From a virus: a DNA stretch of 64,000 nucleotides. The stretch lies in IMG/VR virus record IMGVR_UViG_3300035698_006513. The stretch is one strand, 5' to 3'. Positions 45,666-55,166 of this stretch are shown here, one piece after another. A program made the translations under genes and the position numbers. Below the pieces are notes generated by a model that did not search any database, was not told the DNA's origin, and saw only the letters and a list, made by a program, of their open reading frames with translations. Within the stretch, counting starts at the first letter, position 1. Every line of letters begins with the position of its first letter.

Positions 45666-47416
45666 CTCAAACCCTTCAATTTATTCACAGCATTCTTACC
45701 TATATCCCATAAGTACGGTACAGCCAGCGTACCCAGTCCGGCAACCTCTGCTGCGTGTGTTGTAGTTGGATTCTGCATCACACGATGGAACGCGCTGTCT
45801 TTATCTGACGGCTTGTTGGTATGTGTCAGGTGGTAGGCAGATGGTGCAGCTAGCATACCGAGACCACCTAACTCTAATCCAACCTCCACACCATGTGGCA
45901 AAGAAGCAAGCTTATCTTCCACATATCCATCATCTGCACTAGGTTCTAGTTGGTCTTGAGTTGTAGGACTAGCCTGATCCAAATCACCTAAATCCTGTAT
46001 CACGTTAGAACCTTCCACTGCTTTGGGATCCGTAGGAGCCTCCGCTAAGAACAGATCATGTAAATTCGCGTTCACATGGGGTAACGCATCCGGAATAGCT
46101 ACCGTATCCATTAGGAGTCCTGTTCCTTGCGTGGGAGAAATACTCTTCGATGACTTATCGTAGTATTTGCTGTCAGGGCTGGCAGACAGAGGATTAGGCT
46201 CTCTGTCCATCTGCTTATCCGCAGGTATTGGCTCTGAGTATACGGTTGTGTCCGTAGGATTTATTGCTCCAAACCCTCCACCGTAGTACGCAGCGGTCTT
46301 GGGTGCTTCGGTGTTTGTTGTGAGAGCTGCTGTTTGGTCCGCAGGAGGTACCGCATCAATCTTAGGCATAGGCATAGGTGTTGGTGCAGGGGGTTTTGGT
46401 GTGATGGACTGCCCCATAGGATTAGGTATGTTACCTAGCGCACTAGTTCCAGTATTAGGGAGTTTGGGCATCTTAGGCATGGACACAGAAGGAGTGCCTA
46501 CAGATGAGGCCGTAGGCATTTTAGGTATACCCATCGCTTTTTTAATAATCTCTCTAGCAACATACGCAGAGATCTTATTAAAACTACCGCCGCTAGCACC
46601 CATAGGCCCAGAATTAGAACCTGTGTTCTGGCCCGTCATGTTTTTATTGGCGTTAGGGTCTGTCTGTGTTCTCTGCAACGAGCTGGATTGTGCATTAGGT
46701 GATGCTGGAGGTGTGTTTACCTGGGTATTAACCACACCGGGTTGTACACCCTTGTTATTCTTTACTATAGAAGGTACCCCAGTCTGAGTACTACCCACAC
46801 CAGGTTGCACACTTTTGTTGTTCTTTACCACTGGAGGTCTAGCAGCATTTATGGGATAGCTACTTCTCTCCCCTGGATTAGGAGGGGAAGTATTTACAGG
46901 TATATCAGGAGTATGGTGCGCGTTTGAAGCCGCAGACCTTGGCTGTGCGGACGGGGCAATCCTCGGTGGGGGATTGAGTTTACCTCGCCCCATAGCTTCT
47001 GGTATACCTAAGTGCATACCTGTAGCATCAGGATTACCCTTGCGCACCATGTTAGACAGGCCACGTATCTTATTTTTAGCGTGGGATACCTGCTGTTCCT
47101 GCTTGCCCATCAATTCACGTGCGCGATTCTTTGCAAACTCTTTATTTGCCTGAGCCATGCCTGCTTCCGACTTAGCATAACTCCCTGCTAAAAATTTAGC
47201 ATCCTCTTTCATACCTGCGGCAGCAGTTGGTATGCCCCTGATGACATTAACCGCTTTTTTTGCTGCAGGCGTGATCAACTTCTTTCCTGCACCTAAGAGT
47301 GACCGAGTAGCGCCAACCGCAAGACCTCCCCCCAGCAGAGCTAAGGGGAGTCCCATCTGTATGGCACTATCTGTACTGGAACCCTCGTATTCTGGTAAGG
47401 GAGGTTCGTACGGCAT
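45662..47416 (-). CDS. Low-complexity Pro/Asn/Gly-rich K-x-A protein with terminal hydrophobic segments
   Basis: 584 aa; NKISA, IKKAM, PKTAA, DKLAS. Confidence 0.65.
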   Translation of the reverse strand: MPYEPPLPEYEGSSTDSAIQMGLPLALLGGGLAVGATRSLLGAGKKLITPAAKKAVNVIRGIPTAAAGMKEDAKFLAGSYAKSEAGMAQANKEFAKNRARELMGKQEQQVSHAKNKIRGLSNMVRKGNPDATGMHLGIPEAMGRGKLNPPPRIAPSAQPRSAASNAHHTPDIPVNTSPPNPGERSSYPINAARPPVVKNNKSVQPGVGSTQTGVPSIVKNNKGVQPGVVNTQVNTPPASPNAQSSSLQRTQTDPNANKNMTGQNTGSNSGPMGASGGSFNKISAYVAREIIKKAMGIPKMPTASSVGTPSVSMPKMPKLPNTGTSALGNIPNPMGQSITPKPPAPTPMPMPKIDAVPPADQTAALTTNTEAPKTAAYYGGGFGAINPTDTTVYSEPIPADKQMDREPNPLSASPDSKYYDKSSKSISPTQGTGLLMDTVAIPDALPHVNANLHDLFLAEAPTDPKAVEGSNVIQDLGDLDQASPTTQDQLEPSADDGYVEDKLASLPHGVEVGLELGGLGMLAAPSAYHLTHTNKPSDKDSAFHRVMQNPTTTHAAEVAGLGTLAVPYLWDIGKNAVNKLKGLR

Positions 47417-50392
47417 TTACTTTGCCCTCGATGTAGTGATTCTTTTTCTAGCGGATAAGATACAGTCACCTGTATCTGGACCACCTACATATAAGTAATG
47501 ACTTTCTGCGTCATTAGACTCACCAACAATAGGTGCACCTGTTGCCCACACAAACACCCATTCTGCCGAAGGCGCTGACGAGTACGTACCGGCTATATCA
47601 TAACCATTAGTTATAGTCACCGCGCCTGTGACTGGACCTGCTTGACCATGATCTTCCGCCAGAATAAGCACACTATCACTCAACACTTGAGCAATCTGCC
47701 ACGCACCAATACCATCAATTGAGTAGTAGTGCCCAGGTAGAACTGCGCCTGCTAAACCCGCGAGACCACTAACAACACGAGAGCCTGTCTGTATATTAGA
47801 CGCCCCGAGTGCCAGATAGGGGGATGCACCTGCGTATGTGACATACCCAAGGTTATTAAGAAGCGTCTGCGCGTACACTGCGGCAACTATAGCTGCATTG
47901 GGATCCCACACGGCGTTTATCAGCTTAACTCTAAACTCTAACCAGCGAACTGTGTCATCTGATTTTATAGGGAAGCTGCCGTAATATACCCAAGGAGTAG
48001 CATTTGAGACCAGACCTATATCAAAAGCAGAAATAGTTATTGTACCCTGCCCTTGTAGCAACCCTACCGTGTATGGCGTAAACCTGTCTTTCTGTCTGGA
48101 CAGAGACACTTCTGTAGCAGATACCTCACCATTCATATTCATCACTATGCCGCCTTTGCGCTTAACGATGAAGGGCATTTGGTAGGTGTCTACATAACTA
48201 GTAAACGTCGGTGCTGGAGTAACACTGACCAATGGTCCACACACCTCGGTTACTGTGAACTCTACGCCAGCCTCGTCTCCTTCCAACGGGACAATAATAT
48301 CATCACGCTGAATACCTAGGTCCTCTGGTAGAGCAGCAGTAATTGCCCCGACCTGTAGCCACCCAGCTATGGGGTATACACTCAAACCATCCGCAGAAAG
48401 CGTAGGCTTGACAGTCACATCACCGGAAAGCAGGGAATTAGATACGAGAGTCTCGTCCCCTCTACCGAGAAGCTGCATACCTTCGCACGCAGCTCCAACG
48501 AGATTTCTATGTGTACCTGCAGACATTGCTGTAATACGGTCATGTAGACGATTCGTACCAATTACGTTGGAATCCTTAGTAGACACTATATTGAATAGCT
48601 TCACATCAACAGTAGAATCACGCAGCCATACAGTAGACCCTCCGTTCAACATAGAGATTGACAGACGATTTCCCGAAAACCCGTCAAGCATGAAGGATTT
48701 ACCGAAATGCATCGTGGGGTCTATAAGATGGTAAGTGACACCAGTCTCGCTCTCAATCATTGTGTGGTCTAGTCGTAAGGTAGTTGCGTCTACTACAGCT
48801 ACAACTGTGTGAACCTGTGTGGCATTGAAGGATTTGCCTACAACGTACACTAGGAATCCGGCTGTTATCGCTTCTGTCACGAAGTCTCTAGAGGTATCAA
48901 CTAAGGTATCAGATGCGGATACAAATTCACCCGCGATTCCTGCGATATAGATGGGTGTTACTGTCCCTATCACATTCCCATTCGGAGTCAGCGCAGTGTA
49001 AGCGGCACCAAATATAGTAGCGTATATTATGAAATCTACTGCCGCAATTGCTCCGGGGTCAGGATCTACGCGTAATCTATTGTTAGCAGCACCGGGAGCT
49101 ACTTCCACAATAATATAATTGACTGTTGATGTGCCTAAACGAATTGACATTCCTACAAATGCACCATCTGCCACAAAGTCTCTCGTAGCAGACTGAATCA
49201 CTCCAGGAAGAACTTGAGTTACGTCTGCTAGAGCAGACACCAGTACCGCCGTATCGTGGACGACTCCTGGTAATAGGGTTTCTGTGGCTAGGGATGCGAA
49301 CTCTACGATTGTGCTGAGACACATATCCGCTGCTGTATTGTTGCTTTTGTCTGATGTATGTACTTCGGTTATCTGGTTGTCTATACCAGACTCTGCGCGA
49401 CGTACTTCAGTACCACCAAACACCCCAATAGACGCCGATGTCTGACGCTCAATCTCCAGCTCAGTTACGGACATCGTGTTGTCAGTTTGGGGATCTTTGC
49501 CATAGAACGGGTTGAGATTGTTGTCGTACACATCCTGCTCACCAAACGCACCGTGTAATACGCGCTCAGGAGAATCCCCAGGAAAAATATTCCTAGCTAA
49601 TGCGTTAGTACGAGTACCGATATAGAACCAGACTTTGTATGTCAGTCCTGGTGTGATTGTTTCTGAGAAATGTACCCGAGCATCTGCGGGTTCTGTAGCA
49701 TCTATTCTGTGCGCGAAGTACCCATTGGTTGAGGCAACAATTGTTGCACTGTAGGTATTCGCAGTGAAAGCGTCTTCTACTCCGGAGATTTTACGTACCC
49801 TCGCAGATAACGCAGTTAGTATCTCCTCGAATACGTACACTCCATCATTTGGAGTACCACCTGACACTGTCAGTGTGTCTCCTAACTGGCAATACGAGAA
49901 CGGGATTAACACATCTGTGTGTGTAAGTGTTTGTTGTGAGAAGGTGACGTTTGTAGTCCCAGAAACAATTACTCTAGGTAGCCCAATAACTGAGGTAGGT
50001 CCTGCAGATAAGTCATTCACATAAGTGACTGCCACCGCCCTACCGCCCACAAATATAGGAGCATTCTTCTCGTCTGTGACTCGGAAGAATCTGTATAGAG
50101 ATGATGGTAGATCATCTGCAATCGACTCACCCGTGTATATTCTTCCTGTGATGTCCGCATAGGTATCCCCAGCAGAAACTAATGTTGTGCTGTCCGGTGT
50201 TGCCATCTCTTTGCGAAATACAGCATCATGCTCATCCAAGTTCTCCCATATAGGGAGTAAACTGCGGTTGTGGATAGGACCTGTTACGTACTCAGTATCG
50301 ACAATTGCACGTACGCCTGTAGGCTCACCTGGGGTAGAGGCTGTATTTACAGGCACATTTCCTAAGACTTCACCTTTAGACTGGTGTGACAT
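47417..50392 (-). CDS. Large beta-rich tail/baseplate fibre protein
   Basis: 991 aa, Val/Thr/Gly-rich repeated modules, baseplate context. Confidence 0.6.
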   Translation of the reverse strand: MSHQSKGEVLGNVPVNTASTPGEPTGVRAIVDTEYVTGPIHNRSLLPIWENLDEHDAVFRKEMATPDSTTLVSAGDTYADITGRIYTGESIADDLPSSLYRFFRVTDEKNAPIFVGGRAVAVTYVNDLSAGPTSVIGLPRVIVSGTTNVTFSQQTLTHTDVLIPFSYCQLGDTLTVSGGTPNDGVYVFEEILTALSARVRKISGVEDAFTANTYSATIVASTNGYFAHRIDATEPADARVHFSETITPGLTYKVWFYIGTRTNALARNIFPGDSPERVLHGAFGEQDVYDNNLNPFYGKDPQTDNTMSVTELEIERQTSASIGVFGGTEVRRAESGIDNQITEVHTSDKSNNTAADMCLSTIVEFASLATETLLPGVVHDTAVLVSALADVTQVLPGVIQSATRDFVADGAFVGMSIRLGTSTVNYIIVEVAPGAANNRLRVDPDPGAIAAVDFIIYATIFGAAYTALTPNGNVIGTVTPIYIAGIAGEFVSASDTLVDTSRDFVTEAITAGFLVYVVGKSFNATQVHTVVAVVDATTLRLDHTMIESETGVTYHLIDPTMHFGKSFMLDGFSGNRLSISMLNGGSTVWLRDSTVDVKLFNIVSTKDSNVIGTNRLHDRITAMSAGTHRNLVGAACEGMQLLGRGDETLVSNSLLSGDVTVKPTLSADGLSVYPIAGWLQVGAITAALPEDLGIQRDDIIVPLEGDEAGVEFTVTEVCGPLVSVTPAPTFTSYVDTYQMPFIVKRKGGIVMNMNGEVSATEVSLSRQKDRFTPYTVGLLQGQGTITISAFDIGLVSNATPWVYYGSFPIKSDDTVRWLEFRVKLINAVWDPNAAIVAAVYAQTLLNNLGYVTYAGASPYLALGASNIQTGSRVVSGLAGLAGAVLPGHYYSIDGIGAWQIAQVLSDSVLILAEDHGQAGPVTGAVTITNGYDIAGTYSSAPSAEWVFVWATGAPIVGESNDAESHYLYVGGPDTGDCILSARKRITTSRAK

Positions 50393-50401
50393 AGATCTCT
50401 C

Positions 50402-51031
50402 CTAATATCGTAATTCCCAAGTGATTTGCAGTTTGTACAAACCTGTTTTCGTAATAGGCGGTACGCTGCGATATGCGATGAGGTACCCATTATTGAATGG
50501 CGTAGCATATTCGTAAGGACTGACCCCTGCACCTAACTGTATACCACCGGGAGTTCCGGGAGCAGCATTTTTAGTAACAAGCCCAAATTCTGTAATAGGC
50601 ACAGCAGTGGCTGTGCCAAAACTAATGTCTGTCTCTAGGAACGTAGTCTGATACTGGTTGGTGTAGGCATCTGGCTCTAACGTAGGTCGGTCAATTTCCT
50701 TAAGGTAGAGACCTGCTTGATACAACACAGGAAATTCTATACGAGTTACTGTGGCAATCTCAGTCTGAAGACCTACTCCAGGTGGTGAGATAGACTGTTG
50801 ATCAGAGCCCTGACCTACCGCGATATAGTACGGAGTAGTATCTACTTTACGCGTACCGTCGGGTCCAGGAACAGGACCTACAACTCTACTACTCTCGGCC
50901 AACCAATTTCTACCCATATTCGTGAATACGTTATGAAATCGTTTGTCCTCTACGACGGTTCCCTGCTGGTCAACTAATTTAATGACCAGATTCATTTCAG
51001 GGCTAATTCTCTCAATAAATTGTACTGACAT
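50402..51031 (-). CDS. Tail-collar/fibre attachment baseplate protein
   Basis: NVFTNMGRNWL...YIAVGQG...ITEFGL...ITK...ITWELRY pattern. Confidence 0.65.
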   Translation of the reverse strand: MSVQFIERISPEMNLVIKLVDQQGTVVEDKRFHNVFTNMGRNWLAESSRVVGPVPGPDGTRKVDTTPYYIAVGQGSDQQSISPPGVGLQTEIATVTRIEFPVLYQAGLYLKEIDRPTLEPDAYTNQYQTTFLETDISFGTATAVPITEFGLVTKNAAPGTPGGIQLGAGVSPYEYATPFNNGYLIAYRSVPPITKTGLYKLQITWELRY

Positions 51032-51047
51032 ACAACTTCCTCACTTT

Positions 51048-54000
51048 TTACGGGTAGAATACTGTCGTGAATGGTCCTGTCGCAACTACGTTATATTGTA
51101 TAGGATCTCCGTACTTATGTACACTCCCATACTGAGGTACCCCGCTTGTTAGCTGCGTACCCGTAACCAGGATGCTTTCCGAAGGGCATATGCGGTCTGC
51201 GTATCCCCAAGCTAATGAAGCACCATATTGCCATATCTGTACACCTAGGCTATCTACCTCACCATACATACCAACACGACTGTCTGTGCAGATCTTTTCT
51301 GTGAATTTAACCATCAACACTGCGGACAGAACTTCAGTCACTGAAATTGTGTCTACTAATGTCTGTCTAAGCATAGCTACAATGTCTGTGTACACAGGCT
51401 TGACTCTGCGCACGTAGTTTACGACCTCTGTAATGAACTCTACTATAAGTGTCCGATCCTCTATAGCGTCTACCTCAATGCCGACCATAAAGGTGAAATA
51501 CTTCTCTATCTCACTAAGACCTGCCTTTTTCCACCAAATATCGTCTATAAGCCTGTCGATTATTTCGACGCCATTAGATAAGGGTGCGTATACAGATACT
51601 GTATCGCCTACGGCGTAAGTGCTGTTAGTTGTAGGATTGGTTGCGATACCCAGGGATCTTTTATATGTATAGGTTCTGATTTTTGTTGAGTTCTTATCTT
51701 GGATCGCAATTTGTCCAGTGCTTGACGTAAAGCTAGATTCAATTCTGACAATTGTACCCTCTGCATATGAAAATGGTAGTCCGCAGAAAATCTGTACACC
51801 TCTATGTAGGTTTTCTACAGATGGTCCAAATAAGTAGCAGTATAACAGCCCTCTTACCGATGACAGGTAGTCCAGTCCCAATACTTCTACAACGGGTGAA
51901 TCCTTTGGTAAACCTATCTCGTACCCGAAGTTAGCTTCAATAGTTGGGCTGTTCGATAGATGTGCATACTCCGCCCACAGTGTATCAGGAGGAAGAAGAG
52001 TAGTACTATAGGGGACCGCAATCTGTATGTATTTACCCTCATCGCTATCCTCCAGTGAGAAGTCTCTGTTCTCCAGCAAAACGTCACTAGCAGGTGGGTC
52101 CTTTATGACACTCTGTAGTCTGGGTATGGAAGATGTGTCCGGTGCTACAGGCACTCTACTAGCACGGAGAAGGTGAGTAAGTGTGACATCGTATGCACTG
52201 TCCTGCAAAAGAGCATCCAATGACGCATCATAAGTTACGCCAATAGAATCGCCAGATGCACCATTGGCATATACGAAGAGCTGTGTTTCTTCTTGTGTGT
52301 TTTTATTTATAGCCGACCATAAGGTGATGTCACCTGAGAATAGACGCAGGTCGTTAGGGACAGCAAACCCAAAAGAGGCTCTTGCAGCAGAAGTATCCCA
52401 TATCACGCCAACACAATTAGTAGGTAACGGAGAGTTGAGCTGTATAGTGCTAGGTGACACGTCTAGTACCTGCCTAGCGCAGACTCCTCCAACAGTAGTC
52501 ATACGTATAATCTGCCCGCGGGATATGCCTGCAAGCAGGAAATTTGCAATACTTGCGTCTGTAAGGACACTCAAGTCACCAACGCGGTAGACTAGTCCCG
52601 CGTTTGGGGGAATTGGCTTATCTAACTGCAGAGCAATATTAGATATTACATTCACCACTGTAGCAGTCATTGCAGGGCTATCTATATTAAGAATAGCACC
52701 TACTGCTATATTGTTATCTAAAAACGTGCCTGTAGCAGAGGTAACAAACTCTGTCCCCACTGCGACCATATCCGTACCAGCGGCTTGAGATATAGCTCCT
52801 GTAGCACTAGATACTGCAGTTGCCCTGGAGTAAGCGAAGGTTTCGTCTTCTAATGAGACCTTACAGTCATAATCCAACCACTTACGTTGCAGTCTCCTGC
52901 CTATGGTACCTATAGATTTGTCTCTATCATGCTGATACGCGGTGAGCATGTCGGCAGAGGCCAGCTGCATGAGAGCGGACCAAAACACTACAACAGCATC
53001 CTTGCCTTCAACTCCGTCCCATACGTTACCTAAAAGTTGCCACATAAAATCGGCTTCGGGGACATACCCGGAAGACACGCTGGATGTACTGACCACAACA
53101 GAAACAGCATCAGCCACACTATCCAGCGCGCCATCATTTACCACCAAAGAGAAGATGTACTCCCCATCTTTATCTGGAATAAACGCAGGGTCTCTGTCAT
53201 ATTTACCGGGGTATGTTTGGTTAGTGGGTGTTCCTATGGTACGTACTGCGCCACTCTCTCCCAGAATATCTTCCCCTGGAGTAAATGGATCTGTTACACT
53301 TGTGAGGTATAATTTACCTCCCAGTTCGCTGACGAATCTACCAGAGGTACACGATGTACTCCCTTTAACAAACTCCCCAGCTACAAATACACCAGAACCC
53401 CCAGCAGCATCTACCTCAGTAGAACTGGACAAGTTATGCGTGGGGAATAAGCTAACGTCGGATATAGAGCTTCCTGCAGGAGCGGATGCCAGCGCCCACT
53501 CGTATGTGATAGGCATATTTTCTGGGTCGTATGATCCGCTACCGTCTAGTGCTACAGATTTACCTGTAGACCCTTCTGTGTCGGGAGCTAGCGCTATAGG
53601 GCGTTTATTAGGAATCATTAACGAGGATGACACATGTAGCGTATGGAGCATAACCTCTGTGGCTGATAACGCAGCACCCACTACAGAAAGCGTAAACCCA
53701 TCAGAATAAGAAACGGGTGTAGTTTCAGACGCGGAGGAGTAGCGTAGTACATGACCTGTCACCCCAATTTGAGCAGACTCGGTAACGTATAAGTCCACTA
53801 CACGATTAACTCCGTCCAGTACAATGCGTATTGTATAGCGGGTTCCAGCAGAGAACAGAACAGATGAAGGTACAGGAAGAGACATAGACCCTTCCTGTAT
53901 AGTAAATGTTATACCGTCCGCCGCAATAGATAATCCGAACATATCCCCAGATATATCATGCAGTGCGAAAAACATGAATGCGTTAGACATATCAGCGAGT

Positions 54001-54218
54001 ACAGGAGGCAACACCACAGGGGTAAACTCGAACTGAAACGTAGATGTTTGTGGGATAGCAGTGCCATTGGATACCAACCTAGACACAACGGTATCATCGC
54101 TGTAGTATCTAATGGATGTTCCGCTGACAGAGATGTGAGGACCACCTCTGCTCGGAGTTAGTACAGGACCCAGTGCGGCACTAAGATCAGACAGATCTAG
54201 AATATCAAATGTAGCCAT
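51048..54218 (-). CDS. Baseplate wedge-like protein with PKD/Ig domain
   Basis: VALDGSGSYDPE..ITYEW...F.PD.DGEY.FSLVVNDG PKD motif; C-terminal VRRVKPVYT. Confidence 0.65.
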   Translation of the reverse strand: MATFDILDLSDLSAALGPVLTPSRGGPHISVSGTSIRYYSDDTVVSRLVSNGTAIPQTSTFQFEFTPVVLPPVLADMSNAFMFFALHDISGDMFGLSIAADGITFTIQEGSMSLPVPSSVLFSAGTRYTIRIVLDGVNRVVDLYVTESAQIGVTGHVLRYSSASETTPVSYSDGFTLSVVGAALSATEVMLHTLHVSSSLMIPNKRPIALAPDTEGSTGKSVALDGSGSYDPENMPITYEWALASAPAGSSISDVSLFPTHNLSSSTEVDAAGGSGVFVAGEFVKGSTSCTSGRFVSELGGKLYLTSVTDPFTPGEDILGESGAVRTIGTPTNQTYPGKYDRDPAFIPDKDGEYIFSLVVNDGALDSVADAVSVVVSTSSVSSGYVPEADFMWQLLGNVWDGVEGKDAVVVFWSALMQLASADMLTAYQHDRDKSIGTIGRRLQRKWLDYDCKVSLEDETFAYSRATAVSSATGAISQAAGTDMVAVGTEFVTSATGTFLDNNIAVGAILNIDSPAMTATVVNVISNIALQLDKPIPPNAGLVYRVGDLSVLTDASIANFLLAGISRGQIIRMTTVGGVCARQVLDVSPSTIQLNSPLPTNCVGVIWDTSAARASFGFAVPNDLRLFSGDITLWSAINKNTQEETQLFVYANGASGDSIGVTYDASLDALLQDSAYDVTLTHLLRASRVPVAPDTSSIPRLQSVIKDPPASDVLLENRDFSLEDSDEGKYIQIAVPYSTTLLPPDTLWAEYAHLSNSPTIEANFGYEIGLPKDSPVVEVLGLDYLSSVRGLLYCYLFGPSVENLHRGVQIFCGLPFSYAEGTIVRIESSFTSSTGQIAIQDKNSTKIRTYTYKRSLGIATNPTTNSTYAVGDTVSVYAPLSNGVEIIDRLIDDIWWKKAGLSEIEKYFTFMVGIEVDAIEDRTLIVEFITEVVNYVRRVKPVYTDIVAMLRQTLVDTISVTEVLSAVLMVKFTEKICTDSRVGMYGEVDSLGVQIWQYGASLAWGYADRICPSESILVTGTQLTSGVPQYGSVHKYGDPIQYNVVATGPFTTVFYP

Positions 54219-54280
54219 AGTTTACCTCCTGAACAGAATATAACAGAAACTCGAGTTAGTACCTAGAGGAGAATATCAAA

Positions 54281-54508
54281 ATGAAGATCGTAGAGATGGA
54301 CGGAGATTTACGTAAGAGACTGATTGCAACTGAAGAGGACGTGCTCACCCCTATGGTGAGGCATATTGCCCCTCCACCCAGTTGTAGTAGATGTAAAAAA
54401 GAGATGGTAGCGTGTAGGCCCGAAAATCTAGTAGGGATTATCGCTTCTTATGATTATAAATGTAGCAGTTGTAATCAAGGAGTTAGTGCATCAGGAATCG
54501 TCACATAG
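54281..54508 (+). CDS. Small Zn-ribbon protein
   Basis: GAGGAG RBS; CSRC...CSSC. Confidence 0.6.
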   Translation: MKIVEMDGDLRKRLIATEEDVLTPMVRHIAPPPSCSRCKKEMVACRPENLVGIIASYDYKCSSCNQGVSASGIVT

Positions 54509-55166
54509 GGAACATTATCCGCTCTAGCTTGCCACTAATACACTCATCTCTCACTTGGGATATAACCCCGTCAGCCAGCTCCTTCGCTCTAGACTTTGTA
54601 CAAGTCCACGCATAAGTAGGACCGCTCAGATAAGAGTAGATCATAGCGTGCATTCTAGGACTTATATTCCCACTGCTTATATATGCGTACTGGCGCACCT
54701 GTTGTAGATACCCCCATCTCTCTACGTACGCTCTATAAGATGCATATCGTATAGGTAATTTATAAAACAGGTATTTCCAGCAGTACATGATTTTATGTAC
54801 GCTACTTTTCTCTTCCGCAACAAGAGTACCTTTGGCGTGTAGGTCCGGGTCACCAAAGTACATCTCATCCATGTGGGAAAGTTCGTGGCGGAACATACCC
54901 CACTTGCTGCTTGCCTCTAGTGCCTCCCAAGATGACCCATCTCCAGGAGCAAATATCATTCTACCTATCGTAGTATAGAAATTGGTCATCAACCAGGGTG
55001 CCTGAAACCCTGAGAATACCTGATGTAACACAGCCAGTACGAACCATATGATATTCCAACCTGCTGTATACTTTGGGATAACACGTATCTTACCTCGATG
55101 CCGTATGTTCGCCCTCTCCCACAGTACGTCGAACTCGTGTGCCCAACTAGTCAGTGTAACGTCCAT
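54501..55166 (-). CDS. Putative zincin metallopeptidase (HExxH) with a hydrophobic segment
   Basis: FYTTIG...RHELSHMDE...VERWGY. Confidence 0.6.
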   Translation of the reverse strand: MDVTLTSWAHEFDVLWERANIRHRGKIRVIPKYTAGWNIIWFVLAVLHQVFSGFQAPWLMTNFYTTIGRMIFAPGDGSSWEALEASSKWGMFRHELSHMDEMYFGDPDLHAKGTLVAEEKSSVHKIMYCWKYLFYKLPIRYASYRAYVERWGYLQQVRQYAYISSGNISPRMHAMIYSYLSGPTYAWTCTKSRAKELADGVISQVRDECISGKLERIMFPM

